A DNA stretch of 64,000 nucleotides from an uncultured Burkholderiales bacterium (GTDB lineage Bacteria > Pseudomonadota > Gammaproteobacteria > Burkholderiales > JAEUOS01), in NCBI GenBank assembly GCA_964443245.1, contig CAYUEG010000002.1:8188-72187 (forward strand), given 5' to 3'. The notes under the pieces were generated by a model. That model saw nothing but the letters and a program-made list of their open reading frames with translations. It did no database searches and was not told where the DNA came from. This document shows positions 28,342-37,590 of this stretch, one piece after another. Numbering within the stretch: position 1 is the stretch's first letter; each line of letters opens with the position of its first letter. A program made the translations under genes and the position numbers.

Positions 28342-30437
28342 GCAGTGCCTTGCCCTTGCCTGCAACCGCGCTGAAGGCGGTGCCCTGGCGCAGCATGGCG
28401 GCGCCGATTCTGGTGGTGATGATCATCGCCATGATGATCCTGCCGCTGCCGCCGATTCTGCTGGATTTGCTGTTCACGTTCAATATCGCGCTGGCGCTGA
28501 TTGTCCTGCTGGCTGCCGTGTATGCAAACCGCCCGCTTGATTTCGCCGTCTTCCCCACTGTCCTGCTGCTGACGACGCTGCTGCGCCTGTCCCTGAACGT
28601 CGCCTCCACCCGGGTGGTGCTGATGCACGGGCACACCGGGCCGGATGCGGCCGGCAAGGTGATCGAGGCGTTCGGGCACTTCCTGGTCGGCGGCAACTTT
28701 GCCGTCGGTCTGGTGGTGTTCGCCATCCTGATCGTGATCAACTTTGTGGTGATCACCAAGGGTGCCGGGCGGATTGCCGAGGTCAGTGCCAGGTTTACCC
28801 TCGATGCCATGCCCGGCAAGCAGATGGCGATTGATGCCGACCTCAATGCCGGCCTGGTGAACGAAGCCGAAGCGCGCCGCCGGCGTCGCGAGGTGGCGCA
28901 GGAGGCCGATTTCTACGGCGCAATGGACGGCGCCTCCAAGTTCGTGCGCGGTGACGCCATCGCCGGCATCCTGATCCTGTTCATCAACATCATCGGCGGC
29001 TTTGCCATCGGCATGTTGCAGCACAACCTGTCTGCTGCGACCGCCGCGAACAACTACATCCTGCTGGCGATCGGCGACGGCCTGGTGGCGCAGGTGCCGG
29101 CACTGGTGATCTCGATTGCGGCGGGCCTAGTCGTCAGCCGCGTCGGTGGCGGGGACGGCGATGCGGAAGACATGGGCTCCCAGATCATCCGCCAGCTGCT
29201 GAACCATCCGCACACACTGATGGTGACCGGTGGCGTGTTGACGGTGCTGGGCCTGATCCCCGGCATGCCGCATTTCGTGTTCATCCTGTTCGGAGCGGCG
29301 GCGGGGTGGTTCGGCTGGTGGCGTTCCCAGCAGGCGGCAAAAGTGCCAACCGAAGCGCCCAGTGCGGTACCTGCTGCAGAACAGCAGGAGGCAACCTGGG
29401 ACGATCTTGCGCCCGTCGACGTGCTTGGCCTCGAAGTCGGCTTCCGCCTGATCCCTCTGGTGGACAAGAATCAGGATGGCGACTTGCTCAAACGGATCAA
29501 GGCGATCCGCAAGAAGTTCGCCCAGGAAGTCGGCTTCCTGCCTCCCCAGGTTCACATCCGGGACAACATGGAGCTGCGTCCGAGCGGATACCGCATTACG
29601 CTCAAGGGCGTGGCTGTGGGCGAGGGCGAAGTCTATGCCGGCATGTACATGGCCATCAATCCGGGCCGGGTTACTGCCACCCTCCCGGGAACGGCGACGA
29701 CCGACCCGGCATTTGGCCTCGCCGCCGTGTGGATCGAAGCCGGCTTGCGCGACCAGGCGCTGGCGGCCGGTTACACCGTGGTCGATGCCAGCACGGTGGT
29801 GGCGACGCACCTCAACCATCTGATGCAGTCCCATGCGGGGTTGTTGCTGGGTCGCACCGAGGTCCAGGCACTGGTCGAGCATGTGGGCCGCCTGGCGCCC
29901 AAACTGCTCGACGATCTGGTACCCAAGCTGATCCCGCTGGCGACCCTGCAGCGGGTGCTGCAGAACCTGCTCGACGAAGGTGTGCATGTCCGCGACATGC
30001 GCACCATCGTCGAAACCATGGCGGAGCATGCCCCCACCAGCGCCGATGCGGGATCGCTGACCGCCCAGGTGCGGATTGCACTGGGTCGCGCCATCATCCA
30101 GGGCCAGTTTGGCACCGAGCGCGATCTGGAAATGCTGGTCCTCGATCCGGCGCTCGAACGGGTCATGGTCCAGGCCGCCGGCAGCGGTGAGGGATTCGCC
30201 ATCGAGCCGGGCCTGGCCGAGAACCTGATTCGCGAACTGACTGAAGCGGCCCAGCGTCTGGAGGCGCTGGGGCAGCCGGTGGCCCTGCTGGTGCCTGATC
30301 GCCTGCGCTTGCCGCTGGCGCGCCTGGCGCGGCGCGCGTTGCCGCGACTCAAGGTGTTTGCGCACGCTGAAGTGCCGGAAGCTTGTTCGATTCGTGTTTC
30401 GGCCGTGGTGGGGGCGCGTGCGCCTCTGCCGGGCTGA
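28338..30437 (+). CDS. flhA: Flagellar export gate protein FlhA
   Basis: 699 aa. FHFLVGGNFAVGLVVFAILIVINFVVITKGAGRIAEVSARFTLDAMPGKQMAIDADL is the FHIPEP signature. A 4-nt overlap with flhB. Confidence 0.97.
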   Translation: MSSALPLPATALKAVPWRSMAAPILVVMIIAMMILPLPPILLDLLFTFNIALALIVLLAAVYANRPLDFAVFPTVLLLTTLLRLSLNVASTRVVLMHGHTGPDAAGKVIEAFGHFLVGGNFAVGLVVFAILIVINFVVITKGAGRIAEVSARFTLDAMPGKQMAIDADLNAGLVNEAEARRRRREVAQEADFYGAMDGASKFVRGDAIAGILILFINIIGGFAIGMLQHNLSAATAANNYILLAIGDGLVAQVPALVISIAAGLVVSRVGGGDGDAEDMGSQIIRQLLNHPHTLMVTGGVLTVLGLIPGMPHFVFILFGAAAGWFGWWRSQQAAKVPTEAPSAVPAAEQQEATWDDLAPVDVLGLEVGFRLIPLVDKNQDGDLLKRIKAIRKKFAQEVGFLPPQVHIRDNMELRPSGYRITLKGVAVGEGEVYAGMYMAINPGRVTATLPGTATTDPAFGLAAVWIEAGLRDQALAAGYTVVDASTVVATHLNHLMQSHAGLLLGRTEVQALVEHVGRLAPKLLDDLVPKLIPLATLQRVLQNLLDEGVHVRDMRTIVETMAEHAPTSADAGSLTAQVRIALGRAIIQGQFGTERDLEMLVLDPALERVMVQAAGSGEGFAIEPGLAENLIRELTEAAQRLEALGQPVALLVPDRLRLPLARLARRALPRLKVFAHAEVPEACSIRVSAVVGARAPLPG

Positions 30438-30472
30438 GCGACTACCCACGTCAATAGCAGGAGAAGTCTGAC

Positions 30473-31837
30473 ATGATGATGCGAAAGTTCATTGCCCCAA
30501 CCAGCCGCGAAGCCATGCAAAAGATGAAGGCAGCGCTGGGGCCGGATGCCTACGTGATCTCGAATCGCAAGATCGCACAGGGCATCGAGATCATGGCGAT
30601 GGTGGGGGATGTGGCACCGGAGTCGCCTCTGGCAAACGGAGGCTGGAATGCGGGCAAGGCGGCGTTCACCACCGGCACACGGTCGGGGGGAACCACGGGT
30701 GCACGCAAGTCGCCGCAGAAAAGCCCGGCGTCGGTCCCTGCCGCAGCGCCGATGAAGACCCTGCGCGACATTGCCGTGCACTTGCCGACGACCGGGCCGG
30801 CACCAGCCCCGCTGCCGGGCGATGCGTCTGCCGCGCGTGGCAGTGCCGGGCGCGCGCCGAACCTGGCGGAAAAGGACGGGCCGGCCGAGCTGGCATCGCT
30901 GATGGATGAGGTCAGATCGATGCGTTCGCTGTTTGAATCCCACATGGTGCAGATGGCGGGTCAGACCGGCGTGCCGGGGCGCCAGTTAGGCAAACAGTTG
31001 CTGCAGCGTTTGATCGCCGCCGGCTTCTCCGAATCCGTGGCACGCTCTCTGGTCGGACGCCTTCCCGACGACTATTCCGCAACGCAGGGGGAAAAATGGG
31101 TCCAGGATGTCCTGGCCCACAACCTGCGCTGCATGCCGGATGCGAGTGATCTGGTCGCCGCCGGTGGAATCTACGCGCTGATCGGCCCGACCGGCGTGGG
31201 CAAGACCACCACGACAGCCAAGCTGGCCGCGCGTTGCGTGGTCAAGTTTGGTGCCGGTGCCTTGGGCCTGATCACCACCGACAGCTATCGGATTGGTGCC
31301 TTCGACCAGTTGGCCACCTATGGGCGCATCCTCGGGGTGCCGGTGCATACCGCGCATACCGAGGCCGAGTTGCACGAGGCACTCGCAACCATGCGGGACA
31401 AGCATCTTGTGCTGATTGACACGGCAGGCATGAGCCAGCGTGACCCACGTGTACGTGAGCACCTGCGCATGCTCGATCTTCCCCAGATCAGGCCGGTCGT
31501 TCTGCTCAATGCCACCGCCCAGCGCGAGACCCTGGACGACGTGCTCCGGGCCTATGGTGTGGCACCGGCCGCTGGCAAGCCCCGTACGGTGGTGCTGACC
31601 AAACTGGACGAGGCGGTCAAGCTGGCGCCGGTACTTGACCTGTGCATGCGCCACAGCCTTGAACTGGCCTACGTGTCGACCGGGCAGCGGGTGCCCGAAG
31701 ACTTGCACGGTGCCAATGCGCGGGTACTCGTGCACAAGGCATGGACGCATTCGGGCGGGCCATCGCTGCCTGAGCAGCCAAACCTTCCGCTGCCTGGGAT
31801 GCCGGCGTCACCAGCAGCGGCGGCGCGGAGGTTCTGA
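30473..31837 (+). CDS. flhF: Flagellar placement SRP-type GTPase FlhF
   Basis: GTPase motifs are intact: G1 GPTGVGKTTTTAKLAAR, G3 DTAGMSQRD, G4 TKLDE. Confidence 0.9.
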   Translation: MMMRKFIAPTSREAMQKMKAALGPDAYVISNRKIAQGIEIMAMVGDVAPESPLANGGWNAGKAAFTTGTRSGGTTGARKSPQKSPASVPAAAPMKTLRDIAVHLPTTGPAPAPLPGDASAARGSAGRAPNLAEKDGPAELASLMDEVRSMRSLFESHMVQMAGQTGVPGRQLGKQLLQRLIAAGFSESVARSLVGRLPDDYSATQGEKWVQDVLAHNLRCMPDASDLVAAGGIYALIGPTGVGKTTTTAKLAARCVVKFGAGALGLITTDSYRIGAFDQLATYGRILGVPVHTAHTEAELHEALATMRDKHLVLIDTAGMSQRDPRVREHLRMLDLPQIRPVVLLNATAQRETLDDVLRAYGVAPAAGKPRTVVLTKLDEAVKLAPVLDLCMRHSLELAYVSTGQRVPEDLHGANARVLVHKAWTHSGGPSLPEQPNLPLPGMPASPAAAARRF

Positions 31838-31841
31838 GACG

Positions 31842-32693
31842 ATGGGCATGCAGTTGGAGAACGCACCGATGGCGGATGCGATACCGTTGGCAGACCAGGC
31901 CGCAGGCCTGCGTTCCCTCGTGGAGCGTGAGGGATTGCGGGTACTGCCGGTGCTCGGCGCGGGGCCCGGCGTAGGCGCTGGCGCGATCGCAGCCGGACTG
32001 GCGCAAGCGCTTGCCGGTCATTCGCGCACGCTGCTGCTCGATCAGACCGGCGAGGCGCTGGTCACGCTGGGGTTGGCAGCCGGCCGGGACCTGATTGACC
32101 TGTTGCATGGCCGGTTTGAGTTTGGCGAGGTGGTTCAGCGTGCTGGAAGCTTGCGTGCCGTCAATGCGCGTGAGGGGCTGACCCGGTTGCTTGAGGCCGG
32201 GCAGGCGGGCGCCGATTTCTTTGGCGGATTCCTGCGGCTGGCCGATCCGGCAGAGATGGTGGTGCTGTTGCTCGATGCGGAGGCTGCCACGCTGCCCGAC
32301 ATCGTCCAGACCGGCCACGAAGCATTGATTGTGGTGACGCCGCGGCCGGCTGCGCTGACTGCCGGCTATGCGCGCATCAAGCAGCTTGCAGAGACCGGCG
32401 AGACCGGGACAGTGTTCCGTGTTCTGGTCAACGGCGCAACCGACGAGGCACAGGCCCTGGCCATCTACCGGAGCCTGTCGACCACGGCGCGCGAGTTCAT
32501 TGGCGTGCGCGTCCGCTTCGCCGGCTGGTTGCCTCTGGTACCCGGGTTCCCGTTGTTTGGTCAAGGAAACCGTGCGTCGAACCCTGCCGGTCGCGAGGCA
32601 CTCACCCACATCGCGGCTACCGTGCCCGCCTGGCATCTGGCCAGCTGCACTTCGCGGCAGATCAGGGCTGCCGAACCTTACCCGATTCAATAA
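31842..32693 (+). CDS. flhG: FlhG/FleN (MinD-family) homologue with degenerate nucleotide-binding motifs
   Basis: Sits between flhF and fliA. The N-terminal DQAAGLR motif is present. MinD-like collinearity (LLLDQT, VVLLLDAEAA, VVTPRPAALTAGYARIK, FRVLVNG). At the Walker A position the sequence is GAGPGVGAG, and the whole protein contains a single Lys. Confidence 0.75.
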   Translation: MGMQLENAPMADAIPLADQAAGLRSLVEREGLRVLPVLGAGPGVGAGAIAAGLAQALAGHSRTLLLDQTGEALVTLGLAAGRDLIDLLHGRFEFGEVVQRAGSLRAVNAREGLTRLLEAGQAGADFFGGFLRLADPAEMVVLLLDAEAATLPDIVQTGHEALIVVTPRPAALTAGYARIKQLAETGETGTVFRVLVNGATDEAQALAIYRSLSTTAREFIGVRVRFAGWLPLVPGFPLFGQGNRASNPAGREALTHIAATVPAWHLASCTSRQIRAAEPYPIQ

Positions 32694-32704
32694 AGGGAGT
32701 TTTC

Positions 32705-33421
32705 ATGTATACCGCATCAGGCATTGTTGAACGTCACGGTCCGGTCGAGCATTTCGCACCACTGGTGCGCAAGATTGCCCATCATTTGCAGTCGCGGCTG
32801 CCTGCGTCTGTCGAGGTCGATGACCTGATTCAGGCAGGCATGGTCGGTTTGATGGACGCAGTGGCCCGTTTCGAGGACGGACAGGGCGCCCAGTTCGAAA
32901 CCTATGCTTCCCAGCGCATTCGTGGCGCGATGCTCGACGAATTGCGGCAGAACGACTGGCTGCCGCGCACGGTGCGCAAGACCCAGCGGCAGATCGAGGC
33001 GGCGCTGGCCCGCGTGGAGCACAGGATGGGGCGTGCCGCCACCGAAGTGGAGGCGGCACGGGAGATCGGCGTCGATCTGGCTGACTATCAAAGCATGCTC
33101 GCCGAAGCGCGTGGCGGGCAACTGGTCTACTACGAGGATTTTGACGGCGAGGGCGATGGCGGGGAGGCATTTCTTGACCGGCATTGCATCGACGAGACCA
33201 GCGATCCGATGGCGCAGCTGAAGGAAGGCCGCGCGCGCCAGGCGTTGATTGCTGCCATTGAAAACCTGCCGGAACGCGAAAAGCTGCTGATGGGGCTGTA
33301 TTACGAACAGGACCTCAACTTCCGGGAGATTGCTGCGGTCATGAACGTCACGGAATCCCGCGTCTGCCAGCTCCATACCCAGGCAGTGGCGAGGTTGCGC
33401 AACAAGCTCAAGGACTGGTAG
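32705..33421 (+). CDS. fliA: Flagellar sigma factor FliA (sigma-28)
   Basis: Region 2: DDLIQAGMVGLMDAVARFEDGQGAQFETYASQRIRGAMLDELR. Region 4: LNFREIAAVMNVTESRVCQLHTQAVARLR. Confidence 0.95.
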   Translation: MYTASGIVERHGPVEHFAPLVRKIAHHLQSRLPASVEVDDLIQAGMVGLMDAVARFEDGQGAQFETYASQRIRGAMLDELRQNDWLPRTVRKTQRQIEAALARVEHRMGRAATEVEAAREIGVDLADYQSMLAEARGGQLVYYEDFDGEGDGGEAFLDRHCIDETSDPMAQLKEGRARQALIAAIENLPEREKLLMGLYYEQDLNFREIAAVMNVTESRVCQLHTQAVARLRNKLKDW

Positions 33422-33433
33422 CCGCAAACTGTT

Positions 33434-36400
33434 TTGAAAAATGCAAATGCCATAGAATGGGTTGTCCCGCCCGGTTCGGGCGCTTCCATTCTTCGCCCTT
33501 CACTGGCGTACGGTCCTTCGATGCCCGAGGCTCACCTTCCAGAGCGCGCCAAGCCGATGCCGCGCTTTCCTGCCGTTTTGCCGGTATTGATGGCGCTTCT
33601 GGCCGGATGCGGATGGACGGTGGCGCTGCTGCCCTGGTTCCCGTCATTCGGGGAAGCGACGACGGCCCCGTCCGTGGCGGCGGCAGGCTGGCTGCGGATT
33701 GCCGGCGCCCTGATGGGCACGGGCTGTCTGGTCTATGTTGTCAAGGCCCTGCTGCGCGAGCGCCATGCCGTTGAGGCGCTGGCGTCGATGCGGGAGCGCG
33801 AAGCCCGTTTTGCCCACCTGACCAGACTGTCGACCGACTGGTTCTGGGAGACCGCGGTGGATGGCCGATTTGTAAGGGTCGAAGGCGGTGGCTCCGCGCC
33901 GGAGCGCAAAGGGATGGCATCCCTGATGGGCATCATGCCGTGGGACAGTCAGGGGCTGGTGCCGGTCTCGATGGACTGGGAGGCGGTCAAGGAGGCGCAA
34001 CGGCGGCGCGAACCCTACCGCCAGACGCTGGCCTATCACTTGCGCGACGGCAGTGTCTCTTCCGGCACCATCGAGGTCATTGCGGAGCCGCGCCTTGATG
34101 CAAACGGCCTGTATTGCGGTTATCGCGGCATCGCACGCGACATTACGGCGCGGGTCGCTGCCCAGACCGCGCTGGAGCGCATGGCGGCAGAGAATGCGGC
34201 GGCTCTGGACCGCCTGGAGCTGATTGTGCGCAGCATGCCGGTCGCTTTCACCGTGGTGGATGCGAACCACAAGCGAATCCTCTGGAATCCCGAGGCCGAG
34301 CGGATCTTCGGTTATTCCGAGCAGGAGGCGTTGGGGCAGGATCCCTACAGTCTCATCATCCCCCAGGATCAGCTCGATGACGTGAAGGCGCGCTATGACA
34401 AGTTGCGCAGCGGGCATGCCATGGTTGTGGGGATCAATCGCAATGTGACGCGCTCCGGCAAGATCGTCTACTGCCAGTGGCGCAATGCGCGGATCGCCGA
34501 TGCGGAAGGGGCTTATGCCGGCGCGATTGCGATGGCTGTCGATGTCACGGTAGCCCATCGCGAGGAACTGTGGCGCAAGGCTGAACATCGGCTGTTTGAA
34601 GCGCTGGCAGCGGGTGCCGGCCTGGGCGAACTGATGGGCATCCTGTGTGAAGCGGTGGAGTCGGTGTGCGAGGCAGGGGTGCGCTGTGCGGTCAACCTGG
34701 TCGTTGACGGCCGGCTCCGCAGCTGTGCTGCACCACATGTTCCGGAAAGCCTGACATTGGCAGCCGACGGGCTTGCAGTGGGTGAGGAGAGCGGCACCTG
34801 TGGCCTGGCTGCGGCGTTGAATCGCGAAGTGGTGACCGAGAACGTGGCCGAGAGTCCCGCCTGGCAGCGCTTTACGGCGCTGGCGCAATCGGCCCGGGTC
34901 GCAGGATGCTGGTCGACGCCGATCCATGGCGACGAAGGCGAGGTCGTAGCCACATTCGCTGCCTACCTCGACCAGGCCCGCCCACCAGGGAGCGCGGAGC
35001 TGGAATTCACGCGCATGGCAGCCAAGCAGGCGACCCTGATCTTCTCCCGCTTCAAGGCGCGTGAAGCCTTGTCCAGGAATGAAGCGCGATTCCGTCACCT
35101 GGTGCAGTTGGCGTCGGATTGGGAATGGGAGCGTGACCGCGAATTCCGGCTCACTCACTTGCGCTTCTGGCAGGAACCGGCCCTTCTCGAGGCAGATGCC
35201 TTGCTGGGTCAAGTGCCGTGGGTCGGGGGAAACAAGACGCTGATCAACGACGATTGGGAGCGGTTTCGTGAACGCATCGAACGGCGCGAACCGTTTGAAC
35301 ACGCGATTCTGGAGTATCGTCGGCGGGATGGCAGGCGTGCCTACATTTCGAACCGGGGTGCGCCGGTTCACGATGCGGACGGCAATTTCTCCGGTTACCG
35401 CGGCGTCGGTGTGGATATCTCCAGGCGATTTCGTGCAGACCGCATCCGGACGGTGGAGCGCGAGTTGTTCGAATCCATGGCCAAAGGTGCCGACGTGGGG
35501 CGCCTGGTGGATATCGTGGCAGCAGGCTTGTCGAGCGTGCTGGAGCGTGCCGCGGAAGTGGTGGTCCTGCAGCCCGGCAATGCCGGTTGGGAATCGCTGG
35601 CCTCCAAGGAGGGTGCCACGCCTCTGTTGGGGGCGCTGCGGCGGGCCGCCGATGAGGCGGAACTGCGGTCGTCGCTTGAGGATGTGATGCGCAGTGGCGC
35701 GCCGCTCTTTTTCGAATCCTTCCCTGACGCCGGGGTGAGTGAATGGCAGGTGCACCTGCGTCAGGCCGGCTTGGTCGCCTTATGGGTTGTCCCGATTCGC
35801 GACGGCCTGGGCATTTCCCTGGGCGTTGTGTGTGTGTGTGGCGCCAGCGCGGCGCTGCCGTCGAGTGCCGATGTGGAGTGGCTGGATCACTGTGCACGGC
35901 TGTTTGCACTGGTCGTGGAGCGGGCGCGCGTTGCGCATATGGCCGAAGAGGCAGCCGAACGCTATCGCCGGCTGGTCGAATTCTCCCAGGATGGCGTGCT
36001 GATTCACGAATGGGGCAAGATCATTTATGCCAACCCGGCGTTCGTACGGATGATCGGTGCCAGGGACGGATACTCCCTGCAAGGTCACACCATGGGAGAG
36101 ATGTTTGCAGAGGAGGATCGGGAGACAGTGGCGGCGCATCTGGCGCACCTGCGCCGGACCGGCGAACCGCAGCCCTATGTCGAGATGCGTTTGCTGCGGC
36201 ACGATGGCGGGGAGCTTGAAGTCGAGGTGGGGGCGAACCTGTTCGAAGCCCACGGCGTGCGGCTGATCCAGACACAGTTCCGCGACATCGGTGAGCGCAA
36301 GCGGTCCGAGCGGGAGGTGATGCGGCTCAATGCCGAACTGGAACTGCGCGTCGAGCAGCGAACCACGGAATTGACGGCTGCGAATCGGGAACTGGAGGCG

Positions 36401-37066
36401 TTCTCGTATACCGTGGCTCACGATCTGCGCGCGCCGCTGCGCGCGATTGACGGATTTTCCCAAATGCTCAAGCTGGATGCGGGCGAATCGCTTCCTGAAG
36501 AGGCCCGTCGCGATGTGGACGCGATCACTTCAAGCGCCCGAAAGATGGCCGAGTTGATTGAAGGATTGCTCAATTTTTCCCGCTTGAGCCGTACCGGATT
36601 CAGTCGTCAGCTGGTGCCGACCAGATTGCTGGTGGACAGCCTGCTGCGGGAAGTGCCGGGGGCGGACAAGGTTGCTTTTCGCGTCGGTGAACTGCCGGAT
36701 AGCTGGGGTGATGCCGGGATGCTCCGCCAGGTCTGGACCAACCTGATCAGCAATGCCATCAAGTTCAGTGCCAAGGTGGCGTCGCCCGGCGTGGAGATTT
36801 CCTGTGAACAGCGTGCCGACCTGCAGATTTTTCGCGTCCGTGACAACGGCAGCGGCTTTGACGCACGCTACGCGGGCAAGCTGTTTGGCGTGTTCCAGCG
36901 TCTGCACACCGAAACCGAGTTTGAGGGCACGGGTGTCGGTTTGGCCATCGTCAAGCGAATCGTGGAGCGGCATGGCGGATCGGTAGGGGCGGATTCGCCC
37001 GCGGAGGGTGGTGCGACGTTCTGGTTTGCCCTCCCGTACGGAAATGAAGGGATGTCGGCGGCATAG
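33434..37066 (+). CDS. Large membrane-anchored multi-PAS/GAF sensor histidine kinase
   Basis: N-terminal TM helices, several PAS-like repeats (WFWETAVDGRF, RILWNPEAERIFGYSEQEALG, WEWERDREFRLTHL, GVLIHEWGKIIYANPAF) and two GAF-like blocks. Then HisKA LEAFSYTVAHDLRAPLRAI and HATPase (NLISNAIKF, DNGSGFD, GTGVGLAIV). The start is uncertain: the ORF begins with TTG 33434, and ATG 33521 is an alternative. Confidence 0.85.
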   Translation: MKNANAIEWVVPPGSGASILRPSLAYGPSMPEAHLPERAKPMPRFPAVLPVLMALLAGCGWTVALLPWFPSFGEATTAPSVAAAGWLRIAGALMGTGCLVYVVKALLRERHAVEALASMREREARFAHLTRLSTDWFWETAVDGRFVRVEGGGSAPERKGMASLMGIMPWDSQGLVPVSMDWEAVKEAQRRREPYRQTLAYHLRDGSVSSGTIEVIAEPRLDANGLYCGYRGIARDITARVAAQTALERMAAENAAALDRLELIVRSMPVAFTVVDANHKRILWNPEAERIFGYSEQEALGQDPYSLIIPQDQLDDVKARYDKLRSGHAMVVGINRNVTRSGKIVYCQWRNARIADAEGAYAGAIAMAVDVTVAHREELWRKAEHRLFEALAAGAGLGELMGILCEAVESVCEAGVRCAVNLVVDGRLRSCAAPHVPESLTLAADGLAVGEESGTCGLAAALNREVVTENVAESPAWQRFTALAQSARVAGCWSTPIHGDEGEVVATFAAYLDQARPPGSAELEFTRMAAKQATLIFSRFKAREALSRNEARFRHLVQLASDWEWERDREFRLTHLRFWQEPALLEADALLGQVPWVGGNKTLINDDWERFRERIERREPFEHAILEYRRRDGRRAYISNRGAPVHDADGNFSGYRGVGVDISRRFRADRIRTVERELFESMAKGADVGRLVDIVAAGLSSVLERAAEVVVLQPGNAGWESLASKEGATPLLGALRRAADEAELRSSLEDVMRSGAPLFFESFPDAGVSEWQVHLRQAGLVALWVVPIRDGLGISLGVVCVCGASAALPSSADVEWLDHCARLFALVVERARVAHMAEEAAERYRRLVEFSQDGVLIHEWGKIIYANPAFVRMIGARDGYSLQGHTMGEMFAEEDRETVAAHLAHLRRTGEPQPYVEMRLLRHDGGELEVEVGANLFEAHGVRLIQTQFRDIGERKRSEREVMRLNAELELRVEQRTTELTAANRELEAFSYTVAHDLRAPLRAIDGFSQMLKLDAGESLPEEARRDVDAITSSARKMAELIEGLLNFSRLSRTGFSRQLVPTRLLVDSLLREVPGADKVAFRVGELPDSWGDAGMLRQVWTNLISNAIKFSAKVASPGVEISCEQRADLQIFRVRDNGSGFDARYAGKLFGVFQRLHTETEFEGTGVGLAIVKRIVERHGGSVGADSPAEGGATFWFALPYGNEGMSAA

Positions 37067-37110
37067 CCGCCGGCAGGGGTTTAAAATCGCACTTGAAATA
37101 GTGCAGTGAT

Positions 37111-37590
37111 GTGATGACAGGGGCGGTGAAGGCGATGGCAGATGCGGGTACGGGAGCGGACGAGATCTTGCTCGTCGAGGACAATCCGAACGATGCTGAA
37201 CTGGTGGTCCGGGCACTCAAGCGCAGCGGTTTGAGAGTATCGGTATCGCACGCGCAGGATGGGGTGGAAGCCATTGATTTCCTGCTGGGAACGGGGCAAC
37301 ATGCGGCGCGCAAGGGAGCGGCGCCGCCCAAGCTGATCCTGCTCGATTGCAAGCTGCCCAAGTTGACCGGCATTGAGGTGCTCAAGCGGATCCGCAGTGC
37401 GCCTGAATTGCGCCATGTGCCTGCGGTGATCCTGTCTTCCTCAAGCGAGGCACGTGACATTGCCGACGCCTACGACAGCGGGGCCAACAGCTACGTGGTC
37501 AAGCCGGTGGAGTTCGAGGAGTTTGTCGACGCCGTCGGGCGCCTGGGGCACTACTGGCTGCGGTTCAACCGCATTTCAGACCGCGACTGA
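37111..37590 (+). CDS. Single-domain response regulator (Rcp/CheY-like)
   Basis: ILLVEDNPNDAELV, LILLDCKLPKLTG, VILSSS, YVVKP. Lies immediately downstream of the kinase. The start is ambiguous (GTG 37111, ATG 37114 or ATG 37135). Confidence 0.85.
   Translation: MMTGAVKAMADAGTGADEILLVEDNPNDAELVVRALKRSGLRVSVSHAQDGVEAIDFLLGTGQHAARKGAAPPKLILLDCKLPKLTGIEVLKRIRSAPELRHVPAVILSSSSEARDIADAYDSGANSYVVKPVEFEEFVDAVGRLGHYWLRFNRISDRD

Noticed and set aside
35827-35840. A (TG)7 dinucleotide run inside the large PAS/GAF kinase gene, a possible slipped-strand phase-variation site.
   Set aside because: - Only seven units, which simply encode VCVCG.
- Too short for reliable phase variation.
- No other contingency-locus features are present.
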